A stretch of DNA of 32,000 nucleotides, taken from NCBI RefSeq assembly GCF_000009705.1, contig NC_003272.1, positions 720,001 to 752,000 on the forward strand. Direction: 5' to 3'. The stretch is from Nostoc sp. PCC 7120 = FACHB-418. GTDB lineage: Bacteria; Cyanobacteriota; Cyanobacteriia; Cyanobacteriales; Nostocaceae. Below the pieces are notes generated by a model. That model saw only the letters and a list, made by a program, of their open reading frames with translations. It was not told the DNA's origin and did not search any database. Below, piece by piece: positions 14,059 to 22,332 of this stretch. Each line of letters starts with the position of its first letter. Position 1 is the stretch's first letter. The translations under genes and the position numbers were made by a program.

Positions 14059-16518
14059 TTTTTTCCCCTCTGCGGCGGCGATTTCCAGCAGCGTCTTGAG
14101 GACTGAATCGGGGTTGAGGCTGATGGAATCAATTCCTTGTTCGACGAGGAAGCGGGCAAAGTCTGGGTAATCGCTTGGCGCTTGACCACAGATACCAATT
14201 TTACGTCCATGTTGTTTAACTGTGGCGATCGCTTTAGCAATCATGCGCTTAACGGCTTCGTCCCGTTCATCAAATAAATGGGCAACTAACTCCGAATCTC
14301 TGTCTAACCCCAGTGTTAACTGTGTGAGGTCATTGGAACCGATGGAGAAACCATCAAATACTTGACTAAATTCGTCTGCTAGCTGCACGTTACTGGGTAG
14401 TTCACACATAACGTAAACTTGTAAGCCGTTTTCACCTTGCACCAAGCCATGTTTTGCCATTTCGTCCAACACGCGCCGTCCTTCATTGGGAGTGCGGCAG
14501 AAGGGAACCATTAAAATGACGTTGGTTAAACCCATCTCTTCCCGTACTCGTTTCATTGCCTGACACTCTAGGGCAAAACCTTCACGGTAGCGGGGGTCAT
14601 AGTAGCGAGAAGCACCACGCCAGCCAATCATCGGGTTTTCTTCTTTGGGTTCAAACTGTTTACCACCTAAAAGATTGGCGTATTCGTTGCTTTTGAAGTC
14701 AGAGAGACGGACAATAACGGGTTTGGGATAAAAAGCAGCTGCGATGGTGGCAATTCCTTGAGCTAGTTTATCCACAAAGAATAGGGTTTTATCCTCGTAT
14801 TGAGCCGTTAACTCAGCAATTTTGTATTTAGCTAGTTCGTCTTCTAACTCATCAAAGTGAATCAATGCTAAGGGGTGTGCTTTGATGTGGTTGTTAATAA
14901 TAAATTCCATCCTTGCCAATCCCACCCCATCATTAGGAATACTAGTTAAGCCAAAAGCTTCTTCGGGATTGCCCACATTCATCATAATTTGGGTGTGTGT
15001 GCAAGGTAGTTTCTCCAAAGGAATTTCTTGGACTTCGTAGGGTAACAAACCTGAATAGACTTTCCCTGTTTCCCCTTCCGCACAACTAACAGTAATTTCT
15101 TGCCCAGTTTTTAAAACAGTAGTCGCATTACCACAACCGACGATCGCCGGTATTCCCATTTCCCTAGCAATAATCGCCGCATGACAAGTTCTACCACCAG
15201 AGTTAGTCACAATGGCGCTAGCACGTTTCATAATTGGTTCCCAATCAGGGTCAGTACGATTAGTTACCAGCACTTCCCCCGCTTGAAACTGGCTAATTTG
15301 ATGCACATCCAAAATCACTCTGGCTTTACCTTGTCCAATCATTTCCCCGACACTGCGACCGGTAATAAGAGGAATTAGGGGTTGGGGATTAGGGATTAGG
15401 GATGGGGATAACCTGTAATTCCGCAAGACATTGTTCACCTTTTGCGACTGCACGGTTTCCGGCCGTGCTTGGACGATGAACAATTCATTAGTCAAGCCAT
15501 CTTTAGCCCATTCAATATCCATTGGTGTGTAAACACCACGCACTTGGGAATAGTGTTCTTCAATGATGCAGCCCCAATGTGCTAGTTGCAGAATATCTTC
15601 ATCGTTGAGGGCGAAGACGCTGCGTTCTGATGGTGTCACAGAGATGTTTTTAGTCAATTTTGAGCCACCTAAGTCATAAATCATCTTAATTTCTTTAGTA
15701 CCCAGGCGTTTTTCAATAATTGAACGGTAACCCTGTTTCAGGGTTGGTTTAAATACTAAATATTCATCGGGGTTAACTGCACCTTGGACAACGTTTTCCC
15801 CTAAACCATAGGCGGCGGTAATCAAAACTGCATCTTTGAAACCTGTTTCGGTATCAATAGAGAACATGACACCAGAAGTAGCCAAATCAGAACGTACCAT
15901 TTTCTGCACGCCGACTGATAAGGCTATGTTGAAGTGATCAAAGCCTTTGATTTGGCGATAAGAGATGGCGCGGTCAGTGAAAATTGAGGCAAAACATTTA
16001 TGGCAAGATTCCAGAACAGCTTGCAAACCGTGGACATTTAAATAGGTTTCTTGTTGACCGGCAAAGCTAGCATCCGGTAAGTCTTCAGCTGTGGCGCTAG
16101 AACGGACAGCAACATCAGTATCATCACCATACTCTTGACAGAGAGTGGCATAAGCTTGGGCGATCGCTGTTTGTAATTCCTGCGGAAAAGGAGTTTGCAG
16201 CATCAGCAACCTTGCTTGTTTACCACGCTGCCGCAAATTCTGCACATCCTCTACATCTAAATCAGCAAAAATTTCTCTTAATTTTGCTTCCAAACCTGCG
16301 GAAGTAATGAAATATCTATAAGCATGAGCAGTTGTCGCAAACCCAGTGGGAACTTTTACACCTTTGCGCCGCAACTGTTGAATCATTTCACCTAAAGAAG
16401 CGTTCTTTCCTCCTACTAAAGGGATATCTGCAATTCCCACTTGGTTCAAAGGTAAAACTAGAGCTTGTTCTTTAAAGACTGAATCAGATGTGTGTGGATC
16501 TATTATTATTTCTACCAT
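14053..16518 (-). CDS. ppsA: Phosphoenolpyruvate synthase (pyruvate, water dikinase)
   Basis: 821 aa. It has an N-terminal ATP-grasp region, the central phosphohistidine swivel motif GGRTCHAAIIAREMGIPA, and a C-terminal PEP-utilising TIM barrel (GSNDLTQLTLGLDRD). Confidence 0.92.
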   Translation of the reverse strand: MVEIIIDPHTSDSVFKEQALVLPLNQVGIADIPLVGGKNASLGEMIQQLRRKGVKVPTGFATTAHAYRYFITSAGLEAKLREIFADLDVEDVQNLRQRGKQARLLMLQTPFPQELQTAIAQAYATLCQEYGDDTDVAVRSSATAEDLPDASFAGQQETYLNVHGLQAVLESCHKCFASIFTDRAISYRQIKGFDHFNIALSVGVQKMVRSDLATSGVMFSIDTETGFKDAVLITAAYGLGENVVQGAVNPDEYLVFKPTLKQGYRSIIEKRLGTKEIKMIYDLGGSKLTKNISVTPSERSVFALNDEDILQLAHWGCIIEEHYSQVRGVYTPMDIEWAKDGLTNELFIVQARPETVQSQKVNNVLRNYRLSPSLIPNPQPLIPLITGRSVGEMIGQGKARVILDVHQISQFQAGEVLVTNRTDPDWEPIMKRASAIVTNSGGRTCHAAIIAREMGIPAIVGCGNATTVLKTGQEITVSCAEGETGKVYSGLLPYEVQEIPLEKLPCTHTQIMMNVGNPEEAFGLTSIPNDGVGLARMEFIINNHIKAHPLALIHFDELEDELAKYKIAELTAQYEDKTLFFVDKLAQGIATIAAAFYPKPVIVRLSDFKSNEYANLLGGKQFEPKEENPMIGWRGASRYYDPRYREGFALECQAMKRVREEMGLTNVILMVPFCRTPNEGRRVLDEMAKHGLVQGENGLQVYVMCELPSNVQLADEFSQVFDGFSIGSNDLTQLTLGLDRDSELVAHLFDERDEAVKRMIAKAIATVKQHGRKIGICGQAPSDYPDFARFLVEQGIDSISLNPDSVLKTLLEIAAAEGKKV
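15374..15408 (-). repeat. STRR1-like heptamer array (5 units) embedded in-frame in ppsA
   Basis: The plus strand reads ATTAGGG GTTGGGG ATTAGGG ATTAGGG ATGGGGA. The coding strand reads TCCCCAT CCCTAAT CCCTAAT CCCCAAC CCCTAAT and translates as SPSLIPNPQPLIP. Confidence 0.75.
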
Positions 16519-16854
16519 GATTGATTTTCCTATAACTCAAAGAGGTACTTAATAGATGTGTAGTCAAGTTATCTGTCTTTAAGCTTCACACTTATGTTTA
16601 TAGGGAGTTATTTTGAGGAAGTTGTGAGGATTTAAGCTCTAAACACCTGCATATATACCTTATTTGCCTAATAGTAATTACTGCAACTTTATGTAGAAAT
16701 ATTACAACATATTTATAGTTATAATTTTCTTCACAAATTCCTCATATCCAATAACTATTCTTAAGATAGATACAGAATATTTGGGTATCAGTACGGTTGT
16801 AAATTGACCACACTGATATTTAATCAACACATTTTTAAAAAAGGATTTGAGATT

Positions 16855-17109
16855 ATGATTAACTGCCCTTGCTGTTCTGGGTTACTTTTGCCCCATATAC
16901 GTGGTGATTCGGAAATACACTGGTTTTGTCGCCACTGTTGGCAAGATATGCCAGTATTTTTGTTCACAACTCCTGCTTCCCTCAGGGAAATCATGGTCAA
17001 AAGGTTTTCTCGCAGTTTTCCCAACAGAGAACAAACAAAAACCGCCGACTACATCAGTCAACGTCAAACTATGAATGGATGGTTAGAGTTACAGGATTTT
17101 CCAGCTTAA
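16855..17109 (+). CDS. Small hypothetical zinc-ribbon protein
   Basis: MINCPCCSGLLLPHIRGDSEIHWFCRHCWQDMP has a CxxC...CxxC arrangement. An AAGGA motif lies about 10 nt upstream of this ATG. The ORF track extends it to a TTG at 16804. No family was recognised. Confidence 0.35.
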   Translation: MINCPCCSGLLLPHIRGDSEIHWFCRHCWQDMPVFLFTTPASLREIMVKRFSRSFPNREQTKTADYISQRQTMNGWLELQDFPA

Positions 17110-17167
17110 GGCGATCGCTTGGGTTCAAAACAGCTAATCAATTCCTTTGTTCCGTCCTTGACCATTT

Positions 17168-18484
17168 TTATAGTGAAAACTCAATGACAAACTCAGTACC
17201 TTGACCAAGGATAGAATTACAACTCAACTTGCCACCGTGGGTTTGCTCGACTATTTGTCTAGCTATAGCTAAACCTAAACCCGTGCCTTTCCCCACGGGT
17301 TTTGTGGTAAATAAACGGTCAAATATTTTTTGTTTAACTTCTTGACCGATCCCCTTAGCATTATCAGCAATTGATATTTTGACATGATGATTTTCGACAA
17401 ATGTTTTCACTAGGATTTTATTGGGGTCGGCTTGAATTTCTGTAAAACTACGGCCATTGTTTGATTCATCTAAAGCATCAATAGCATTAGCTAAAATATT
17501 CATAAATACCTGATTTAGCTGACCAGGAAAACATTCTATTTCAGGTAAATCACTGTAATGGGTGATAATTTCAATTGCTGGACGTCGTTCGTTAGCTTTG
17601 AGCCGATGTTTGAGAATTAAAATTGTACTATCAATCCCTTCATGCAGATTAAAAATTTGCTTGGTGTCACTATCTGCACGAGAGAAAGTACATAGACTTT
17701 TACTGATAGATGTAATGCGATCGCCGCCATCTTTCATGGCGCGAATTAGTTTAGGTAAATCTTCTCGGATGTAATCTAGATCAACGGCTTCCAGTTGATC
17801 TTCAATTTCCGCATCAGGTTGAGGGAATTTCCGTCCATAGAGATCGATGATGCCGAGCAAGTCATTAATATAATCCTGTGCCACATTGACATTGCCGACA
17901 ATTGCGCCAATGGGATTATTGATTTCGTGGGCAACCCCAGCTACCAGATTACCGAGGGCAGACATTTTTTCGTTTTGAATTAGTTGCAGTTGGGATGCTT
18001 CTAGTTCTGCTGCTTTTTGAGCAACTTGGGCTGCGAGGTTTTGGGTAAGTTGAGACAGTTGTAAATGGGTACTGACTCGTGCCAAAACCTCTTTTTCATA
18101 GAAGGGTTTGACTATATAGTCTACTGCTCCTAGTTCCAATGCCTTGACTTTGCTCTCACTATCGCAAAGGGCAGTCATAAAAATAATGGGAATATGGCAG
18201 GTGCGGTCATTGGCTTTGAGCCGTCGGCAAGTTTCAAATCCATCGATTCCAGGCATCATCACATCTAGTAAAATCAGGTCGGGGAGGCGGCGTTCAACTT
18301 GTTGTAATGCGCGATCGCCACTAGTCGCGATCGCCACATCAAAGCCTGCATCGCCCAATGTCTCTGAAACTACCTCTAGATTGGTGGGCGTATCATCAAC
18401 AATTAAAACTAAACCTGTGATGGTAGATATTGGTGGTGTGTGTAGCATAATTGGCACTGTGGAGATAAATATAACTGTAGTCAC
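17168..18484 (-). CDS. Response-regulator receiver fused to histidine kinase (REC-HisKA-HATPase)
   Basis: REC features are LIVDDTPTNLEVV, DLILLDVMMPGIDGFE and the conserved K in IVKPF. The H-box is VAGVAHEINNPIGAI. The N and G boxes are MNILANAIDAL and [21 protein letters not shown]. The track start is a GTG (18484); the ATG at 18448 (MLHTPP...) is an equally plausible start. Confidence 0.85.
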   Translation of the reverse strand: MTTVIFISTVPIMLHTPPISTITGLVLIVDDTPTNLEVVSETLGDAGFDVAIATSGDRALQQVERRLPDLILLDVMMPGIDGFETCRRLKANDRTCHIPIIFMTALCDSESKVKALELGAVDYIVKPFYEKEVLARVSTHLQLSQLTQNLAAQVAQKAAELEASQLQLIQNEKMSALGNLVAGVAHEINNPIGAIVGNVNVAQDYINDLLGIIDLYGRKFPQPDAEIEDQLEAVDLDYIREDLPKLIRAMKDGGDRITSISKSLCTFSRADSDTKQIFNLHEGIDSTILILKHRLKANERRPAIEIITHYSDLPEIECFPGQLNQVFMNILANAIDALDESNNGRSFTEIQADPNKILVKTFVENHHVKISIADNAKGIGQEVKQKIFDRLFTTKPVGKGTGLGLAIARQIVEQTHGGKLSCNSILGQGTEFVIEFSL

Positions 18485-18639
18485 TTAGGTGATGACAGTG
18501 TTGATTGCTCAAAGACTGATAGCTACTGGGTTTATACGGGCTAAACGCCCCGCTACCGCTAACAGCACTGTGCTATCAAAGTGTATTAGAAGATGGTTAG
18601 AAGCAGCACAGACAGTGCGTCACCCACTCCCTGTATTTC

Positions 18640-21102
18640 TTAAGAAAGATACTGCTGAATGAACTGTTCAAGTTGTTCACTTTGGAATTGTTTAGCAAGT
18701 TGAATAATCTGCTGAGTGAACGGTTGGTAGCGATCGCTCTCTTGCGCCAGTTGTTCTGCGGCGGCTATGAGTTTCTTCAATCGCCCCTCTTGCACGAGTT
18801 CTAACCAAGACTGGAGATCGGCTAAGGGGGGTGGAATTAGTTCTGTTAGTTGCTGCTGATCTGCGGATTTATGGGTGATGTCTTCAGTTTTCCAAGTGAG
18901 TTCGAGATGTTTTTCGAGAAGTGTGAACAAATCATTCACTTGCACAGGTTTGGCGAGAAAATCATCGCCGCCGGCATCAATACTCATTTGTTGATCAATT
19001 TGAGCGACGGAAGCAGAAGAGACCAGAATTTTGAGCGATCGCAGTTGTTCCTGTTCCCGAATCTTTCGCAGCATCTCAAAACCATCCATCACAGGCATAA
19101 CTAAGTCAGTAATGACTAAATCAGGAAGATGTTGCTGGAGTTGGTCTAAGCCTGCTTGTCCGTTTTCGGCTTCGGTGATGATGAACCCTAGCGGCTCTAG
19201 CAGATTCAGCAAGACGGCGCGATTTTCCCAGCGATCGTCTACGACTAAAATATGGCGTTTTACTCCTTCATAGCCAATAATATTACCCACAGATGCGGTC
19301 TGCTGTTGACTCCAGTCACTTGCTAAGGGCAGGATGATCTCGAAAAAGAACTCGCTACCCACACCAAGCTGACTCTTGACCTGAATCTGTCCACCCATTA
19401 ACTGCACAAGCTGTTGGCTAATGGCTAATCCTAGCCCCGTTCCTTCTACTTTCCGCTTCTGCTCCCCCACTTGTTCAAATGTTTGGAAGAGTTTGTTGAT
19501 ATCTGCTGACGCAATCCCCACACCAGTATCGACGATGCTAAAGCGCAGTTTGGTGCGGGGATCGGACTCCTCCAGCCCAGTTCTTTGAACACGTAGGGCA
19601 ACACTACCGCGATCAGTAAACTTAATGGCGTTACCGAGTAGGTTAATTAATACTTGGCGTAGACGTTTTTCATCGGCACTGATACCTGCGGGTAAATCGG
19701 CATCAGGTTCGTAATGAAACTCAATGCCTTTCTGCTGCACCCGAATATGGCAAATTTCGACAACGCCTTGCATGAAAGACGGCAAGTGAAAAGCTTGAGA
19801 GGCAAGTTCCAGTTTACGAGCTTCAATTTTGGACAAATCCAGTATGTCGTTGATCAGTGTGAGCAGATGAGAGCCACACTGGTGAATGATGTTGACTCCC
19901 TGACGTTCTTTGTCGGGTAAGACTTTCGAGCGTCCCAGAATTTGGGCATAGCCGAGAATCCCATTCAACGGTGTGCGGAGTTCGTGGCTCATGTTGGCGA
20001 GAAATTCACTCTTGGCATTGTTGGCACTGTCAGCACTTTCTTTAGCTGCATCCGCTAAGGCTTTTGATTGTTTGAGTTGGGTTTGTTCCGCAGATTGGAC
20101 ATAGACCAACACCCCTATTAGTGTTCCCGCCAAGGCTAAGATTGCCAGAGCAATTATATCTAGAAGCTTGAGTTGAGATTCAATATTTTCACGGGGAATA
20201 ACAAGTGCTACTGACCAGTTAGCTTCTTTGAGAGGGAGAAACGCCACATATTTTTTAGTTTTGTCAAGGGTGACTAATTCAATACCCTGTTGCTGATTTA
20301 CCATCTTTTGGGCGATCGCCGCTAAACCTGAATCTGCGGCCTCAACCAATTTGATCCCCGGCTTTTCGATTGTGGTCATGAAGGCGGGGTTAGGATGTAT
20401 AATCGCTTGTCCGGCAGAGTTGAGCGTAAAAGCATAGCTATTTTCGCCGTATTTTAGTGTCTCTGTGACATACTTGATGCGATCAACAGAAACACTTCCA
20501 TGCACGACACCGATGGGAGAACTCGATAAATTTCCATCTCTGCGAATAGGAGACGATATTGGTACTGATGATATGCCATTCGCTCTGGCAATCATCGGAT
20601 CACCTACATGGACATATCCGGCAATTGACCTTTGAAACCAGCGTCGATCTGTGACATTTGCCCGTTTACTGTTCGGGACTGTACTCTCGCGCCATCCTTC
20701 TGGTGTGGTTAAACCAAAGAGGGAAAAATCTTCAATTCGCTGGTCTTCTGCTTTTAAATATTTACTGGCGATCGCCCAATCTACTGAGCGCACTAAATCT
20801 GTATTTGCCAACATTTCAACTCTGACTTTGAGCATTGCTAACCAGTGATCAATCTCATCTCGGCTCTGTTCCACTTCTGATAGAACTTGCCCCTTGAGAT
20901 TGGTTAGCATGATACTTCGCACGGTCTGATAGCTGAAATAAGCACCTACAACTACAAATAAAGTAGTACCACCGACAATTACCTTAGCTAATAGGCTGCG
21001 CGAATGTCTAACAGGGTTCGTCTGGAGAGATGAGGGCGAATCGCAGACAGGTTTTTTAGCTGATGGGAAAAATTGCCAGAACGAAAGGGTGGACATAGGC
21101 AT
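18640..21102 (-). CDS. Hybrid sensor histidine kinase (periplasmic Cache-like sensor, HisKA, HATPase, REC, helical C-terminal extension)
   Basis: 820 aa. Two TM segments flank an extracytoplasmic region of about 260 aa. The H-box is [14 protein letters not shown]. Other boxes are [18 protein letters not shown] and [13 protein letters not shown]. The REC domain has [11 protein letters not shown]...[11 protein letters not shown]. The last 75 aa or so are helical and contain no His, so this is not an obvious HPt domain. Confidence 0.88.
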   Translation of the reverse strand: MPMSTLSFWQFFPSAKKPVCDSPSSLQTNPVRHSRSLLAKVIVGGTTLFVVVGAYFSYQTVRSIMLTNLKGQVLSEVEQSRDEIDHWLAMLKVRVEMLANTDLVRSVDWAIASKYLKAEDQRIEDFSLFGLTTPEGWRESTVPNSKRANVTDRRWFQRSIAGYVHVGDPMIARANGISSVPISSPIRRDGNLSSSPIGVVHGSVSVDRIKYVTETLKYGENSYAFTLNSAGQAIIHPNPAFMTTIEKPGIKLVEAADSGLAAIAQKMVNQQQGIELVTLDKTKKYVAFLPLKEANWSVALVIPRENIESQLKLLDIIALAILALAGTLIGVLVYVQSAEQTQLKQSKALADAAKESADSANNAKSEFLANMSHELRTPLNGILGYAQILGRSKVLPDKERQGVNIIHQCGSHLLTLINDILDLSKIEARKLELASQAFHLPSFMQGVVEICHIRVQQKGIEFHYEPDADLPAGISADEKRLRQVLINLLGNAIKFTDRGSVALRVQRTGLEESDPRTKLRFSIVDTGVGIASADINKLFQTFEQVGEQKRKVEGTGLGLAISQQLVQLMGGQIQVKSQLGVGSEFFFEIILPLASDWSQQQTASVGNIIGYEGVKRHILVVDDRWENRAVLLNLLEPLGFIITEAENGQAGLDQLQQHLPDLVITDLVMPVMDGFEMLRKIREQEQLRSLKILVSSASVAQIDQQMSIDAGGDDFLAKPVQVNDLFTLLEKHLELTWKTEDITHKSADQQQLTELIPPPLADLQSWLELVQEGRLKKLIAAAEQLAQESDRYQPFTQQIIQLAKQFQSEQLEQFIQQYLS

Positions 21103-21205
21103 CTATGATAGATTCAAGATTGATAATTTATGATGCCCATCTGCTCAAGAATATTACCAAAATGGTTGCATTGAGGGCTTTTATCAAATAGCTGTATTCT
21201 CTCAT

Positions 21206-21343
21206 CGGAAGTTGAATTGTGAAAATTGTGTAATCTCCTAACTGAGAGTCTACCTAGATTCTATCTCCATGTTTTCCTATAACAATTTGCCGAGGGATCG
21301 CCAATCCTCAACCCGTATTCTGACAAAATGTTTTGGTAGTATA
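21206..21343 (-). pseudogene. Decayed C-terminal (G2-box) remnant of a histidine kinase HATPase domain
   Basis: My single-frame reverse translation reads YTTKTFCQNTG*GLAIPRQIVIGKHGDRI*VDSQLGDYTIFTIQLP. It aligns without gaps to [45 protein letters not shown] of the kinase at 17168-18484, with about 20/45 identities. There are two in-frame stops: TGA at 21308-21310 in place of Leu and TAG at 21254-21256. Homology fades upstream of about 21345. Confidence 0.55.
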
Positions 21344-21470
21344 TAGCGTTTTTCAGTTTTGTAAAGTACAGTCACAGGAGTAGGTAAAGCAATTATAAAC
21401 GTTATTTAAAGAAACTTGTTTAAGAGAATGTTTGAAAAGTCCCCGGCAATATATCAAATACTTTTAAATC

Positions 21471-21549
21471 CTCTTTTTGCAGGGGGACTTAAATTCATTT
21501 TCCCACTTTTTTCTACGCCGAAGGCGCATCCCCGAAGGGGTTTAGGGGG
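21471..21549. repeat. Short GC-rich dispersed-repeat modules related to 13149-13250
   Basis: cctctttttgcagggggactt (compare ccctttgtagggggagtt at 13236) and tCCCCGAAGGGGtttaggggg (the reverse complement resembles cctaaccccc..ccccttaagggga at 13149). The two overlapping track ORFs across this region are artefacts of the repeat. Confidence 0.45.
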
Positions 21550-21669
21550 CTTGATGGGTACTAATAAGTGCTTAAAATCACAGCTAACTACTTTTAAAAC
21601 ACCCTCTAATACACCCTTGTCTAAACCCTTGATCTTTCGTTTCCATGCGTAAGTCCTATCTATATTTTC

Positions 21670-21696
21670 AAACCCTCGATCCCTACGAGGGTTTTT
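21670..21696 (+). terminator. Orphan intrinsic-terminator-like hairpin
   Basis: aaaccctcg (21670-21678) pairs with cgagggttt (21686-21694), with a 7-nt loop, running into TTTTT (21692-21696). No credible plus-strand CDS lies upstream for more than 4 kb. Confidence 0.4.
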
Positions 21697-21820
21697 CATA
21701 AATATCGGTAATTTTGAGTTCAGTATTGATCAGAGATGTTGTTAACTTAGAAAGCCTGTGAAAGGAAGTAATGGCTATGTTACACTGCGCTAACAAAAAT
21801 CAAAGCGGAATATTATCGCT

Positions 21821-22042
21821 TTAGTCTTCTTCCCATTCTTCTTGGCTCAACAAGTCAATAATTCTATCTCTGAGCAAAAATTCATTTTTTTCCAACTCTA
21901 GTTCAAAAAATGGCCAGTCGCGGTCTGGAATATATTTACACAAAGTATAAATTGGCTGTTGACGATTCACCAGACCCTTGGCAATGAGGAGACGAGTTTC
22001 ATCTTTGATCACCTCAATATCATATTTGACAGCAGTATCCAT
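21821..22042 (-). CDS. Small hypothetical protein (73 aa, acidic C-terminus)
   Basis: A clean ATG ORF reading MDTAVKYDIEVIKDETRLLIAKGL...SQEEWEED. No family was recognised, and it stands alone between long AT-rich spacers. Confidence 0.4.
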   Translation of the reverse strand: MDTAVKYDIEVIKDETRLLIAKGLVNRQQPIYTLCKYIPDRDWPFFELELEKNEFLLRDRIIDLLSQEEWEED

Positions 22043-22332
22043 AGCTTTTTCCTTTGTTCTTAATCAAGGAATAGAGAGTCACAGTAATAAATACCTTCGA
22101 CTCCAATTTAAATTTATCAAAAAAATGTGAGGAAATTTTGAATATTTATAATATTAAAATACATGGACTTTATTGATTTTTATTCCCTAAGATAGAAGCT
22201 TTTAAAAAAGATATCCTCAAGAATTATAGCTTAAGATAAAGCTTAAATATAGGTTGAGTAAAGGAACGGAACCCAACATTTATAGTGAGATGGGTAGGGC
22301 GATAGTGCAACCCATCCCGGAAATAATGTCTC

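Noticed and set aside
13985-14240. ORFs 13985-14170 (+) and 14037-14240 (-)
   Set aside because: They read through the octamer and heptamer arrays (giving HPHTPIPLHPYT-type peptides) and overlap the ppsA 3' end in other frames.
16804-16854. TTG-initiated 17-codon N-terminal extension of the zinc-ribbon ORF
   Set aside because: The ATG at 16855 has an AAGGA motif at suitable distance. The extension has no supporting signal.
17562-20848. Multiple short plus-strand ORFs inside the two kinase genes (e.g. 17562-17774, 18144-18488, 18850-19104, 19031-19273, 19714-19920, 20651-20848)
   Set aside because: They are antisense to long CDS that have complete kinase/REC motif sets. The peptides are Ser/Arg/Cys-rich and look like noise.
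21416-21699. Overlapping ORFs 21416-21652 (+) and 21454-21699 (-)
   Set aside because: These mutually antisense ORFs run across dispersed-repeat modules. Their peptides (PRRGLGGLMG / PPKPLRGCAFG) are repeat translations.
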